DNA of 64,000 bases from Thermococcus sp. JdFR-02 (GCA_002009975.1 MTLP01000042.1:273917-337916); one strand, 5' to 3'; positions 32,345 through 41,681 are shown, counted from the stretch's first letter. Notes: generated from the sequence alone by a model not told the origin. Translations and numbers: made by a program.

Positions 32345-32589
32345 GAGTTAATCTTATTTTGGGTTTTTAAACTTATATGTAAGCCTCTGGATTTTGAGCT
32401 CTTTTCCTAATGTAAACACTTCACCCGTAGTCTTAACAATAATGTTAAGTACATCTTACTTCTTGAACTCCATAATTCTTTTTTGAGTATTCAAAGAAAT
32501 CAGATCTCTGAAGTTTTCAACTTGTTATCCGGAAAATTATATAAGTCAGCAATTACAAAGAAATAATAAAATCTCAGTGGGGGGTATGA

Positions 32590-33285
32590 ATGAAAGAAAA
32601 GACAGTTATTGATAACATTTTCTCCTTATTTGATGAAATAGTAAAGGGAGACAGTATAGTATTTGAATATTCTTGTCCTGAGAGATTACCTTTAGGAGTA
32701 TTATTGTTGAGTATTTGGACAAAAAAGAAAGGATATCCTTTATTAATTAACGAAACTATAGATCTCCTTCACGTTTATAAGAAAAAATTAGAGCTCAATG
32801 GAATTGATACATGTTTTATAGATAATGCCCTTGTTATCAAAATTGGTGGAGTTATAGAGACTGGAAAAGTCATTGCAAGGGTTCCTATTGAGCCCGATGC
32901 GATTGTTCTTTTAAGAAAACACCTAAAGATATACCGCAGAGTGCTGGAAGAATACAAGTTTGTCATAAATGTGTGGCTAGATTTTCCCGAATTAATTTCC
33001 ATGTGCTCTGGAAATACAGACTGTGAATATACCTTATTCAGCAATGTTGTGAGATATATTGGAGATAAACACAGAATATCATTCTACTTCATTCCTCCAA
33101 ACCTAGATAGAAGTGCACAATTCCTAAAGAGAGTTGCAACAAAGATCCTGCGTTTAATTGAGATCAAAGAGGGAGAGTTTATGTTGGAGCTGGAAAATCC
33201 TGTGTATGGAACGAGTAAGCATGTCAAGTTTACTTCAGTCGATATCATGGAATATCTCGAGAAAGAAGGGTTTTTGAAAGAATGA
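32590..33285 (+). CDS. DUF257 family protein (inactive RecA-like fold)
   Basis: GDSIVFEY, VIKIGG and GDKHRISFYF motifs. Confidence 0.7.
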   Translation: MKEKTVIDNIFSLFDEIVKGDSIVFEYSCPERLPLGVLLLSIWTKKKGYPLLINETIDLLHVYKKKLELNGIDTCFIDNALVIKIGGVIETGKVIARVPIEPDAIVLLRKHLKIYRRVLEEYKFVINVWLDFPELISMCSGNTDCEYTLFSNVVRYIGDKHRISFYFIPPNLDRSAQFLKRVATKILRLIEIKEGEFMLELENPVYGTSKHVKFTSVDIMEYLEKEGFLKE

Positions 33286-33396
33286 GCATTTATTTCCAAT
33301 TTCAGATTTTATCATTTCTTTGTTGATAAGTTGATAGTTAAAGTTAAAAATGTACAGAGAGAGTGATTACTGAAAATCCTTCGGGAGGTACTCAAG

Positions 33397-34617
33397 ATGA
33401 TTTTACAAGTCGCTTTAGATTTAACAGACATTGAAGAGGCTATTTCTATTGCTGAAAAAGCCGCTCGTGGTGGCGCTCATTGGCTCGAAGTAGGAACACC
33501 TTTAATTAAAAAAGAAGGCATGAGAGCAGTTGAGCTCATGAAGAGAAGATTCCCAGATAGAAAAATCGTTGCAGATCTAAAGACTATGGACACTGGAGCT
33601 CTAGAAGTTGAAATGGCTGCAAGACATGGTGCAGATGTTGTGTCAATTCTCGGTGTTGCAGATGATAAAACAATAAAAGATGCAGTTGCAGTTGCAAAAA
33701 AATATGGAATCAAGATTATGGTGGATTTAATCGGTGTTAAGAATAAGGTAGAGAGAGCAAAGCAACTTGAAAAAATGGGAGTTCACTATATTTTAGTTCA
33801 CACTGGAATAGACGAACAAGCTCAAGGTAAAAATCCTCTTGAGGATTTAGAAAAAGTTGTTAAGGCTGTTAAAATTCCAGTTGCAGTTGCTGGGGGATTA
33901 AATTTAGAGACAATCCCTAAAGTAATTGATCTTGGAGCTACGATTATAATCGTCGGAGGAGCAATTACAAAATCAAAAAATCCTCAAGAGATTACAAGGA
34001 AGATTCTAGACTTATTCTGGGAGGAATATATGTTGACCATAAGAAAAGCTATGCATGACATAACAGACCATATAGATCACGTAGCTGATGCTTTAAGGCT
34101 CGATGAAGTTAGAGGAATGGTAGATGCCATGATTGGAGCAAATAAAGTATTCATCTATGGTGCTGGAAGGAGTGGATTGGTCGGTAAAGCCTTTGCTATG
34201 CGTTTAATGCACCTCGACTTTAATGTCTATGTAGTTGGCGAGACAATTACACCTGCCTTTGAACCTGGAGATTTGCTAATTGCAATTAGTGGTAGTGGTG
34301 AAACAAGAACTATAGTAGATGCTGCTGAAATTGCAAGGAAGCAAGGGGGAAAAGTTGTTGCAATAACATCTTATAAAAATTCAACCTTAGGAAAATTAGC
34401 TGATGTCGTTGTAGAGATACCTGGAAGGGCAAAAACAGATATTCCAACGGATTATATAGCAAGGCAGATGATAACACAATATAAGTGGACTGCTCCAATG
34501 GGGACGTTGTTTGAAGACTCAACAATGGTCTTTTTAGACGGTATAATAGCCCTATTGATGGCAACATTTCAGAAGACCGAAAAAGATATGAAGAGGAAGC
34601 ATGCGACATTAGAATAG
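33397..34617 (+). CDS. hps-phi: Bifunctional 3-hexulose-6-phosphate synthase / 6-phospho-3-hexuloisomerase
   Basis: LQVALD, EVGTPL and DLKTMDTG, plus SIS domain GAGRSG, ISGSGET and PMGTLFE. Confidence 0.95.
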   Translation: MILQVALDLTDIEEAISIAEKAARGGAHWLEVGTPLIKKEGMRAVELMKRRFPDRKIVADLKTMDTGALEVEMAARHGADVVSILGVADDKTIKDAVAVAKKYGIKIMVDLIGVKNKVERAKQLEKMGVHYILVHTGIDEQAQGKNPLEDLEKVVKAVKIPVAVAGGLNLETIPKVIDLGATIIIVGGAITKSKNPQEITRKILDLFWEEYMLTIRKAMHDITDHIDHVADALRLDEVRGMVDAMIGANKVFIYGAGRSGLVGKAFAMRLMHLDFNVYVVGETITPAFEPGDLLIAISGSGETRTIVDAAEIARKQGGKVVAITSYKNSTLGKLADVVVEIPGRAKTDIPTDYIARQMITQYKWTAPMGTLFEDSTMVFLDGIIALLMATFQKTEKDMKRKHATLE

Positions 34618-34626
34618 GGGATTCGG

Positions 34627-35391
34627 ATGGAAGATTTCCTTCATTTTAATCATCTTTTTGTGGGAATAGGTAACAACGGTTCTCGTATCGTTAAGAATCT
34701 GAATATTAAGAATGCTGGGAGAGTTGTAGTCGATCCAGCAGATTACATCCTAAATAGAAAGGAGCTTATTAGAGATATAAAGGAATTTTTTGGAAAATTA
34801 GATGACAACACAATAGCTTGGTTTTTGTTTGAGAACAAGCCCATCAATATAGAAATCTCGAAGCAAATTAATTATTATACCCCAAGCAAGGTAATTAGAC
34901 TGGCGTATGTTCTAACTCCACATACCGAGCTTGTTGAAATGAATAAGCCAGAATGGGCAGATATGTTTGAAACCGTATTTTATGATTCCCTCAGAGAGCT
35001 TTTGAAAGAATATCAAGAGATACCCTTAAAAGATGCCTTTGAAATGGCGAGCAGATATATAGGTGGAATGTTCTCCAAGCTTTACTATTATCTTGAAAAT
35101 GACATGCTCATCAATGTTGATTATGCTGATCTGTTTGCTATGATAAAAGGAAGAAATGTTGGGATATTAAGGATACTTAATAAAGTTGATTTTGATTGGA
35201 ACTGGGGAATTTGGGAGAGAGGTCTCATAAACATTAGAGCTGGAAGACGCGTTCCATTAAGCAAAGCCCATTTAATTCTCAATAGATTTCAAGATCTTTT
35301 AAGCAAAAAGGATATCATATGGGGAGTTCAGATAGATGAGGAAGTCGAGAAGGATATCGAAATATTAGCGCTTTTAGTTAAGAGGTGGTGA
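34627..35391 (+). CDS. Divergent FtsZ/tubulin-like protein
   Basis: VGIGNNGSRIV, LINVDYADL and IIWGVQIDEEVEKDIEI resemble FtsZ T1, T7 and C-terminal strands; no GGGTG(T/S)G motif. Confidence 0.6.
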   Translation: MEDFLHFNHLFVGIGNNGSRIVKNLNIKNAGRVVVDPADYILNRKELIRDIKEFFGKLDDNTIAWFLFENKPINIEISKQINYYTPSKVIRLAYVLTPHTELVEMNKPEWADMFETVFYDSLRELLKEYQEIPLKDAFEMASRYIGGMFSKLYYYLENDMLINVDYADLFAMIKGRNVGILRILNKVDFDWNWGIWERGLINIRAGRRVPLSKAHLILNRFQDLLSKKDIIWGVQIDEEVEKDIEILALLVKRW

Positions 35392-35392
35392 A

Positions 35393-36037
35393 ATGAGAGC
35401 AATATTTTTTGACATAGATGAGACTCTCTTGAGTGAGAGACCTTTAATCATGCTATTTTTGCCTCAAGTTTACACAGAACTTTCAAAAAGATTGGGAATA
35501 CCTAAGGATAGCGCTAGATTGAAATTTTTAAAAGAACTCATGGAGCGCAGGAATACTTATGAATGGCATGACTGGAACTTCTTCTTTGAACTTTTTGGAA
35601 TTGATATTAGGTATGAAAACTTACTAAAAGCGTATCCCCACAAACTTCATGTATTTCCAGACGTTAAGCCAACACTAAAGTGGCTTAAAGAAGAAGGATA
35701 TAAGCTCGGTATAATAACAAGTGGTCCAGAATATCAAAGGTTAAAACTTAGATTAACGAAACTCGATAAATATTTTGATATCATAGTAACAAGGGAAGAT
35801 GTAAAAACTGTGAAGCCAGATCCCCTAATATTCCTCTACGCATGTCAAAGAATAGGGGTTGAACCACAGGAAACTGTCATGATCGGAGATAATCTGCAAC
35901 AAGACGTTTTGGGAGCAAAGAACTCCGGAATGATAGGCGTGTGGATAAATAGAAATGGAGATGAAGATTATCACTTTGCTGATTATGAGATAAAAACCCT
36001 TTATGAGCTAAGAAAGATTTTAGGTGGTGCAAAATGA
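35393..36037 (+). CDS. HAD-superfamily hydrolase
   Basis: FDIDETL, ITSG, KPDP and GDNLQQDV motifs. Confidence 0.92.
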   Translation: MRAIFFDIDETLLSERPLIMLFLPQVYTELSKRLGIPKDSARLKFLKELMERRNTYEWHDWNFFFELFGIDIRYENLLKAYPHKLHVFPDVKPTLKWLKEEGYKLGIITSGPEYQRLKLRLTKLDKYFDIIVTREDVKTVKPDPLIFLYACQRIGVEPQETVMIGDNLQQDVLGAKNSGMIGVWINRNGDEDYHFADYEIKTLYELRKILGGAK

Positions 36038-36213
36038 AGGAGATATACAAAAACGAGGGGATTTTCTATGAATATAAGAAGGAAAAAGTAAAGCTTGAAA
36101 ATGGAGATGAAATTATCCATAAGCAAGAGAGACCTACAAAGCTTTGGTGGGAACTTAAAGAAGCTATAAAAGGCAAAAAAGTTAAAATAATCGTCTATGA
36201 ACTTGGAGAATGA
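36034..36213 (+). CDS. Small hypothetical protein (59 aa)
   Basis: MKEIYKNEGIFYEYKKEKVKLENGDEIIHKQERPTKLWWELKEAIKGKKVKIIVYELGE; ATGA overlap with the HAD gene and a GGTGG RBS. Confidence 0.75.
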   Translation: MKEIYKNEGIFYEYKKEKVKLENGDEIIHKQERPTKLWWELKEAIKGKKVKIIVYELGE

Positions 36214-36229
36214 CCTTTCTGGTGATTCC

Positions 36230-36691
36230 ATGAAAGTAGTCTATGAGAAAGAAATCGATGCAAGTAAGATAGTGGTATCACCGAGACCAGTTTGGAAGTG
36301 TAAGGCTTGTCCAATGTATGGCAAAAATCCCTCTTGTCCACCTTATGCTCCACCTTGGCAAGAAGCTAAAGAATGGATCAGGAATTTTAAAAGGGCTTTG
36401 GTAATAAAGTTTGAAGTTGATTATGAGAACTTTGAAACGGAAAAGAGAAAGGCTCTTTTATACCTATTAAGAAAGGAAGAAGAACTATTTAGGAATGGAA
36501 ATTTCTATGCATTCGCTCTTTTTCCTGGAAACTGCAATCTCTGTGAAGAGTGTGAGTTTCAAAAAAGTAAAAAATGCGTAGAGCCAACAAAAGTTAGGTT
36601 TTCTTTATGTGCTGTTGGAATTGAAATAAAGTCATTTGCTAAGGTAAATTTTAGCGAAAGCGTTTTGTATGGGATAATACTCATTGATTAA
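36230..36691 (+). CDS. DUF2284 metal-binding protein
   Basis: CKACPMYG..SCPP, GNCNLCEEC and RFSLCAVGI; start after GGTGA. Confidence 0.85.
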   Translation: MKVVYEKEIDASKIVVSPRPVWKCKACPMYGKNPSCPPYAPPWQEAKEWIRNFKRALVIKFEVDYENFETEKRKALLYLLRKEEELFRNGNFYAFALFPGNCNLCEECEFQKSKKCVEPTKVRFSLCAVGIEIKSFAKVNFSESVLYGIILID

Positions 36692-36703
36692 AGAGATGAT
36701 GTT

Positions 36704-37174
36704 ATGAAAGCGTACATAACCATGCTTGGTCGCTCAACATGGGCAATGATTAATGCGTATTATGCAATTGTAATGCACAAAAAATATCGTCCAGATGAAA
36801 TATACATCTTTTTAGAGAATATTTACATTAACAAGCTTCCAAAGGCTATTGAGGCTTTAAAAATAATCTCTAGAGCTTTTGGATTTGAGCCGAGAATAAG
36901 CTATGAAATAATTGAAGAAGCAAACTTTCTAGAGGCTGATAAAAAGATTGGAGACCTTTTAAAAGAGCTTAAGGAAAAAGGTTATGAGATAACGATTGAA
37001 ATAACCTCCGGAAGGAAAGCGTTAGTTGCAGGGGCTTTAATACACGGTGTTCCATTAAAAGTCAATCACGTTTTTTATTTAGCAATAAAAAATCTTGAAT
37101 TTGCAAACAGACCTTACATGATGATTCCCTTACAGATACAAAAGCTAAAAGATTTCATGGAGGGAAAAGATTGA
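36704..37174 (+). CDS. Stand-alone CARF-domain protein (ring-nuclease-like)
   Basis: Strand-1 YITMLGRS, PDEIYIF and strand-4 IEITSGRKAL match CARF motifs I and II. Confidence 0.75.
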   Translation: MKAYITMLGRSTWAMINAYYAIVMHKKYRPDEIYIFLENIYINKLPKAIEALKIISRAFGFEPRISYEIIEEANFLEADKKIGDLLKELKEKGYEITIEITSGRKALVAGALIHGVPLKVNHVFYLAIKNLEFANRPYMMIPLQIQKLKDFMEGKD

Positions 37175-38175
37175 AAGAAGAAATAATATCAAAGCCCGAG
37201 TTGCAACTCCTAATCAATCTCCTTCAAAGAAGTGAACTTAACGTTAGTTATCCTCTTTATGGCAATTTTCCCCTTCTAAAAGCTTGGGTAGAAGATGATG
37301 GCTACAAAATCAAAGTTTTAGCCAATGAAGGGGATTTTTCAAGAGTTCTAAGAGATAAGAGGGAATACATATATGATCTTCCAACATATAGAGATTTTCA
37401 CGAATGCTTCTTAGCAGCAGGGATTTTGCAATATGCTAATATCGATGAGTTCTTAGAGCGCTTGGAAGGGTATAAATCTTTAACAAAGGGGATTATCTTT
37501 GCTCCAGATACAAATTTACTCTATCATGCTTTCATATCCAATTTTAAACCCTTAAAGGGTTATGAAATCGTCATTGTTGATACTGTTAAAAAAGAAATTG
37601 AGAATGCCATGAACTTTAAATATAAGCCAAGTCAATTAAAAGAGCTAAGGAGAATACTGCACAATTATGAACTTTTAAATGAATTCAGCAATAGGAGAAT
37701 GAAAAAATCGAGAAAAGCTGCTTATATAGCCTTGAGAGAATTTGAAAAACTAAAGAGTAGATCGATTGAGGTAGAAAGTATAAAAGAAGAGACCCACACT
37801 AACGACGAGCTAATAGTAAAGACATTAAAAAAGTTTGACAAAGATACACCTACTTTGACTGTTCTCTTGACAGCAGATATAGTCATGACGGATATAGCCA
37901 AGCTTGAAGGTATCGAGTATTTTCTTTTTGAATATCCTCATAAAAAGCTCGATGAACTTTTTGCAACTCCTTATCAACTTCGTTCGCTGCTTTTTAACCT
38001 CGCAACTGTATTTGGCGTAGTTGAGGTGAATAAAGTTTTGATTTTTGGAGAATTTGGAGGGAAAGTTAAACTTAATGAACTAAAATTAAGGTTTCACAGA
38101 GGAGGGCTTTATGAAGAACATAAGTTCCACTTAAACATATGCAGAGAAATAATAAAATTAGGAATAGAAAGATGA
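37171..38175 (+). CDS. PIN-domain ribonuclease with N- and C-terminal extensions
   Basis: APDTNLL, VKKEIE, NDELIV and LLTAD acidic tetrad; 4-nt overlap with the CARF gene. Confidence 0.8.
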   Translation: MKEEIISKPELQLLINLLQRSELNVSYPLYGNFPLLKAWVEDDGYKIKVLANEGDFSRVLRDKREYIYDLPTYRDFHECFLAAGILQYANIDEFLERLEGYKSLTKGIIFAPDTNLLYHAFISNFKPLKGYEIVIVDTVKKEIENAMNFKYKPSQLKELRRILHNYELLNEFSNRRMKKSRKAAYIALREFEKLKSRSIEVESIKEETHTNDELIVKTLKKFDKDTPTLTVLLTADIVMTDIAKLEGIEYFLFEYPHKKLDELFATPYQLRSLLFNLATVFGVVEVNKVLIFGEFGGKVKLNELKLRFHRGGLYEEHKFHLNICREIIKLGIER

Positions 38176-39498
38176 CTACTGCAACATTCCCTCGAGCTTC
38201 TCAACGTATTCAATGCTTCTCCTAACGTCTGCAAAGAGCTCCTTAGCCTTTTCAATGTGTTCCTTTTCAACCTTTCCGCTTGCAATAATGCTTGCTGGAG
38301 CTAAAAGTTGAACTGCATACCTTAGACTTGTCTTCTCTCCAAGTTCTGCTAAATACTCTATTGCCTCTTCGCTAATTTCAATACCCTCTTCTTTAGCCCT
38401 AATCTTAACTATTTCCCTTATCTCCTCTTTATTGTATGGTGATGTATTGATAATTAAAAGTCTATCAAGCATGTCAATTGGAATTCCATGTGGAGATTCA
38501 AGATCAGTTCCTCTAATCCTTGTCTTTCCTCTGTTAGTTGCCAAAATCAAGATTGGAGCTAACTCACTTTCCATTGCTCTTGCTAGGAAAGAGAAAGCTT
38601 CAATATCTAACATGTGGCATTCATCAATAAACAAAACTCCTGGGACTAAAACAGCTTTCCCTTCCTCAACCCATTGTTTAACTGTCTCATCAACCCTTTC
38701 TCTAACCTCATCCGTAATTTCCAACCCTCCACCAAAGAGAAGACCAAAAATTCCCCCAGCTCTTGCATTAACTAAGTCCAAGTCATGTAAGCTAACGGTG
38801 TAGGTAAATTCCTTAACTTTCAAAACTCTCCCGCTTGGAATCTCAACTTTTCTGTAAGTGAATAAATCCTCTTCTCCCTTTGCAACTCCAATTCTTGAAA
38901 TCCTTCCGCTATCTGCATCTATTTGAATTACATCACCCTCTCTAATTCCTAGTTCAAGGAGTTGATAGGCTATGTTCCTATCCGCTCTTAATGTTTTTGT
39001 CTCTTCCTTTGTTTTCAAAGTTATGACGGCACTTTCTGGAATCTCTGCATATGGATTGAAGGGATGTCTCGTCATCTTTATATCAACCTTTTCAACTAAA
39101 CCTTCATAAACTCTTCTCTCTTCGCTTATCCTAACACCTATCGCCCTTCTCAAAGCTTGTTTCAAGAATTCCGTCTTCTTTATCTCTGCAGAATAAATCT
39201 CACTTCCAGAAATCTGAACAAAAGGTACATCTTCACCTAATTCCTTGGCTATTCCCATAGCTATAGCAGTTTTACCAGAACCTGTTGGTCCAACTAAAAG
39301 AATGCCTTTTCCAGCTAATTTGCCTTTCTTAATTAGTTTTACAGCAATTCCTGCAGCTTCTCTTGCCTTTGTTTGACCTACCATCCCGTCTGCAATGAAC
39401 TTCGCTTTTCCATTCTCATCTAAACCAAGACCTTTTATATGAGAATGGAATCCCACTCTTTCAAAGCTGACCTTTGCTATCTCTTCAATTACTGGCAC
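38176..39498 (-). CDS. tip49: RuvB-like AAA+ ATPase TIP49
   Basis: HSHIKGLGLD, GPTGSGKT, IDECHMLD and TSLRYA motifs. Confidence 0.95.
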   Translation of the reverse strand: MPVIEEIAKVSFERVGFHSHIKGLGLDENGKAKFIADGMVGQTKAREAAGIAVKLIKKGKLAGKGILLVGPTGSGKTAIAMGIAKELGEDVPFVQISGSEIYSAEIKKTEFLKQALRRAIGVRISEERRVYEGLVEKVDIKMTRHPFNPYAEIPESAVITLKTKEETKTLRADRNIAYQLLELGIREGDVIQIDADSGRISRIGVAKGEEDLFTYRKVEIPSGRVLKVKEFTYTVSLHDLDLVNARAGGIFGLLFGGGLEITDEVRERVDETVKQWVEEGKAVLVPGVLFIDECHMLDIEAFSFLARAMESELAPILILATNRGKTRIRGTDLESPHGIPIDMLDRLLIINTSPYNKEEIREIVKIRAKEEGIEISEEAIEYLAELGEKTSLRYAVQLLAPASIIASGKVEKEHIEKAKELFADVRRSIEYVEKLEGMLQ

Positions 39499-39742
39499 TT
39501 TATCACCTCCTGAAAATTTAAAATTCCATTTTGTTATTAAAAGGTGTATTTTAAAAGTTTAACGGAACAATAATGAAAAAGCTTATTAAGATATAAACTA
39601 AACAAAAACAGTTAAACTGAAAAATTGGAAAAAACTGGGTAGCACATTGCCTCTACAAATGTCTATGGATAGAAAATTTTTAAAATAGACACATTTTCAT
39701 TTAAAAACTTTTTCATAGGATTTTAAAATTTGCTATGGTAAA

Positions 39743-39780
39743 CCGAAAAGCTTTTAAAGTTTTCGCCGAAAAGCTTAAAA
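39743..39780. promoter_or_regulatory. Tandem/divergent BRE-TATA promoters between tip49 and gar1-tfb
   Basis: CCGAAAAGCTT occurs twice, 23 bp apart; the first TATA is also flanked by CGAAAAC on the minus strand. Confidence 0.55.
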
Positions 39781-39804
39781 ATGAATTTTGTTTGGGGTGG
39801 GGCT

Positions 39805-40113
39805 ATGAAACGTTTAGGCAAAGTTTCTCATTATGCTAAACAAGGCTTCTTGATCTTACGCTCTAATTGGGCGCCTTCGTTAAATGACGTAGTTGTTGAT
39901 AAAAATCTCAAGGTTATTGGAATAGTTAAAGACGTTTTTGGACCCGTTAAAATGCCGTATATAGCTGTAAAGCCTAAGGTAAGGAATCCAGAAGAGTTGG
40001 TAGGACAGATCTTGTATGTGGATAAGAGGCGTAAAGAGAAAGTGAGAAAGAAAAACAAACGAGAGAAGAAGGGAAAAAGAAGAAAACGCCCCGCCCCCAA
40101 AAAGAGGGGGTGA
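39805..40113 (+). CDS. gar1: H/ACA RNP protein Gar1
   Basis: MKRLGKVSHYAKQGFLI, DVFGPVKMPY and a basic tail. Confidence 0.92.
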   Translation: MKRLGKVSHYAKQGFLILRSNWAPSLNDVVVDKNLKVIGIVKDVFGPVKMPYIAVKPKVRNPEELVGQILYVDKRRKEKVRKKNKREKKGKRRKRPAPKKRG

Positions 40114-40118
40114 ATTAA

Positions 40119-41039
40119 ATGCCTGCTGCTGAAGATGTTAAAAAATGTCCCGTTTGTGGATCCACCAAGTTAATTTTTGATCCTGAAAGGGGTGAAATAG
40201 TCTGTACAAGTTGTGGTTATGTCGTTGCGCAAAATATAATTGACACTGGACCCGAATGGAGAGCTTTTGATGCTAGCCAAAGAGAAAAGAGAGGGAGAGT
40301 TGGTGCTCCAATTACATATACAATTCACGATAAAGGACTCTCAACTATGATAGACTGGAAAAACAAGGACATTCACGGTCATGAGTTATCTGCAACTACA
40401 AGAGCTCAAATGTATCGTTTGAGAAAATGGCAAAGGAGAATTAGAGTTTCAGATGCAGCTGAAAGAAACTTGGCTTTTGCTTTGAGTGAATTGGATAGAA
40501 TGGCTTCTCAAATGGGATTGCCAAGAAATGTTAAGGAAATGGCAGCCGTTCTTTATAGAAAAGCAGTTATGGAGCACTTAATTAGAGGTCGCTCTATTGA
40601 AGGTGTCACAGCCGCTTGTCTCTATGCAGCATGTAGAATGGCTAAAGTACCAAGAACCTTAGATGAAATTGAAGAGGTCGCAAGAGTTGACAAAAAGGAG
40701 ATAGGAAGGAGTTATAGATTCATAGCAAGGGAATTAAACCTTAGATTACCTCCAACAAGTCCAATTGATTATGTCAACAGATTTGCAGATCAGCTTGGAT
40801 TGAGTGAAAGAACCAAATCAAGGGCTATTAAAATACTCCAAGAGGCTATAAAGAAGGGATTGACAAGTGGTAGGGGACCTATGGGTGTTGCAGCTGCCGC
40901 TTTATATATAGCAAGTGTTCTTGAAGGAGAAAAGAGAACGCAGAGAGAAGTAGCTGAAGTTGCTCACGTTACTGAAGTTACAGTTAGAAATAGATACAAA
41001 GAATTGGTTGAAAAGCTTGGAATTAAGCTAAACATTTAG
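40119..41039 (+). CDS. tfb: Transcription initiation factor IIB
   Basis: CPVC..CTSC Zn ribbon, GPEWRAF and two cyclin repeats ([13 protein letters not shown]). Confidence 0.97.
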   Translation: MPAAEDVKKCPVCGSTKLIFDPERGEIVCTSCGYVVAQNIIDTGPEWRAFDASQREKRGRVGAPITYTIHDKGLSTMIDWKNKDIHGHELSATTRAQMYRLRKWQRRIRVSDAAERNLAFALSELDRMASQMGLPRNVKEMAAVLYRKAVMEHLIRGRSIEGVTAACLYAACRMAKVPRTLDEIEEVARVDKKEIGRSYRFIARELNLRLPPTSPIDYVNRFADQLGLSERTKSRAIKILQEAIKKGLTSGRGPMGVAAAALYIASVLEGEKRTQREVAEVAHVTEVTVRNRYKELVEKLGIKLNI

Positions 41040-41051
41040 TTTTTTTTCTTT

Positions 41052-41114
41052 TCACCAGATGAGGAAACAAACCCGTCGCCGATTGGTGACGAAAGGGGAC
41101 CTCTCCGATGGTGA
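41052..41114 (+). ncRNA. Box C/D sRNA (2'-O-methylation guide)
   Basis: TCACCA/TGGTGA terminal stem; C ATGAGGA, guide AACAAACCCGTCG, D' CCGA, C' GTGACGA, guide AAGGGGACCTCT, D CCGA. Confidence 0.8.
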
Positions 41115-41118
41115 TAGA

Positions 41119-41634
41119 ATGAGAATTGGAATATTAAGTGACACTCATTATCCAGACAAAACCTCTTACCTTCCTGATCTAATTTTTGATATTTTTGGGA
41201 GAAAAAAGGTTGAGCTTATTTTACACGCTGGTGATTTGACCGCTCCAAGTGTTAAAGAAACTCTTGAAGAAATTGCACCTGTTGTTGTAGTTAGAGGAAA
41301 CTTAGATTTACCAAGTTACCCAGAGGAGCAGGTGGTTGAAGTTGAGAAACTTAGAATTGGCATGATTCATGGACATCAGCTTTACCCTTTAGATACCCAA
41401 ACCCTAAAATATAAAGCGTTAGATATGGACGTTGATTTATTAATATTTGGACATACTCATAGGTTTTTCTTTGAGACTTATGAGTTTATGGAAAAAAGAG
41501 TGGCGATTTTAAATCCAGGTTCTCCAACTGTGCCGAGATTCAGTGATCCTACCTTTGTTGTCGGTGAAATTAAAGACAAAAAATTTGAGTTTGAGACCTT
41601 TAAACCTTGGGAGACACAATGGAAATATCCTTAA
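41119..41634 (+). CDS. YfcE/Vps29-like metallophosphoesterase
   Basis: SDTH, HAGD, VRGNLD, HGH, GHTH and NPGS motifs. Confidence 0.92.
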   Translation: MRIGILSDTHYPDKTSYLPDLIFDIFGRKKVELILHAGDLTAPSVKETLEEIAPVVVVRGNLDLPSYPEEQVVEVEKLRIGMIHGHQLYPLDTQTLKYKALDMDVDLLIFGHTHRFFFETYEFMEKRVAILNPGSPTVPRFSDPTFVVGEIKDKKFEFETFKPWETQWKYP

Positions 41635-41681
41635 AAAGCTTTAAAAATGAAAATACCAAAAATTAAGGAAGAGAATAGAAA

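Noticed and set aside
32370-32520. Possible gene remnant on the minus strand
   Set aside because: Interrupted by a stop, with no recognisable homology or RBS
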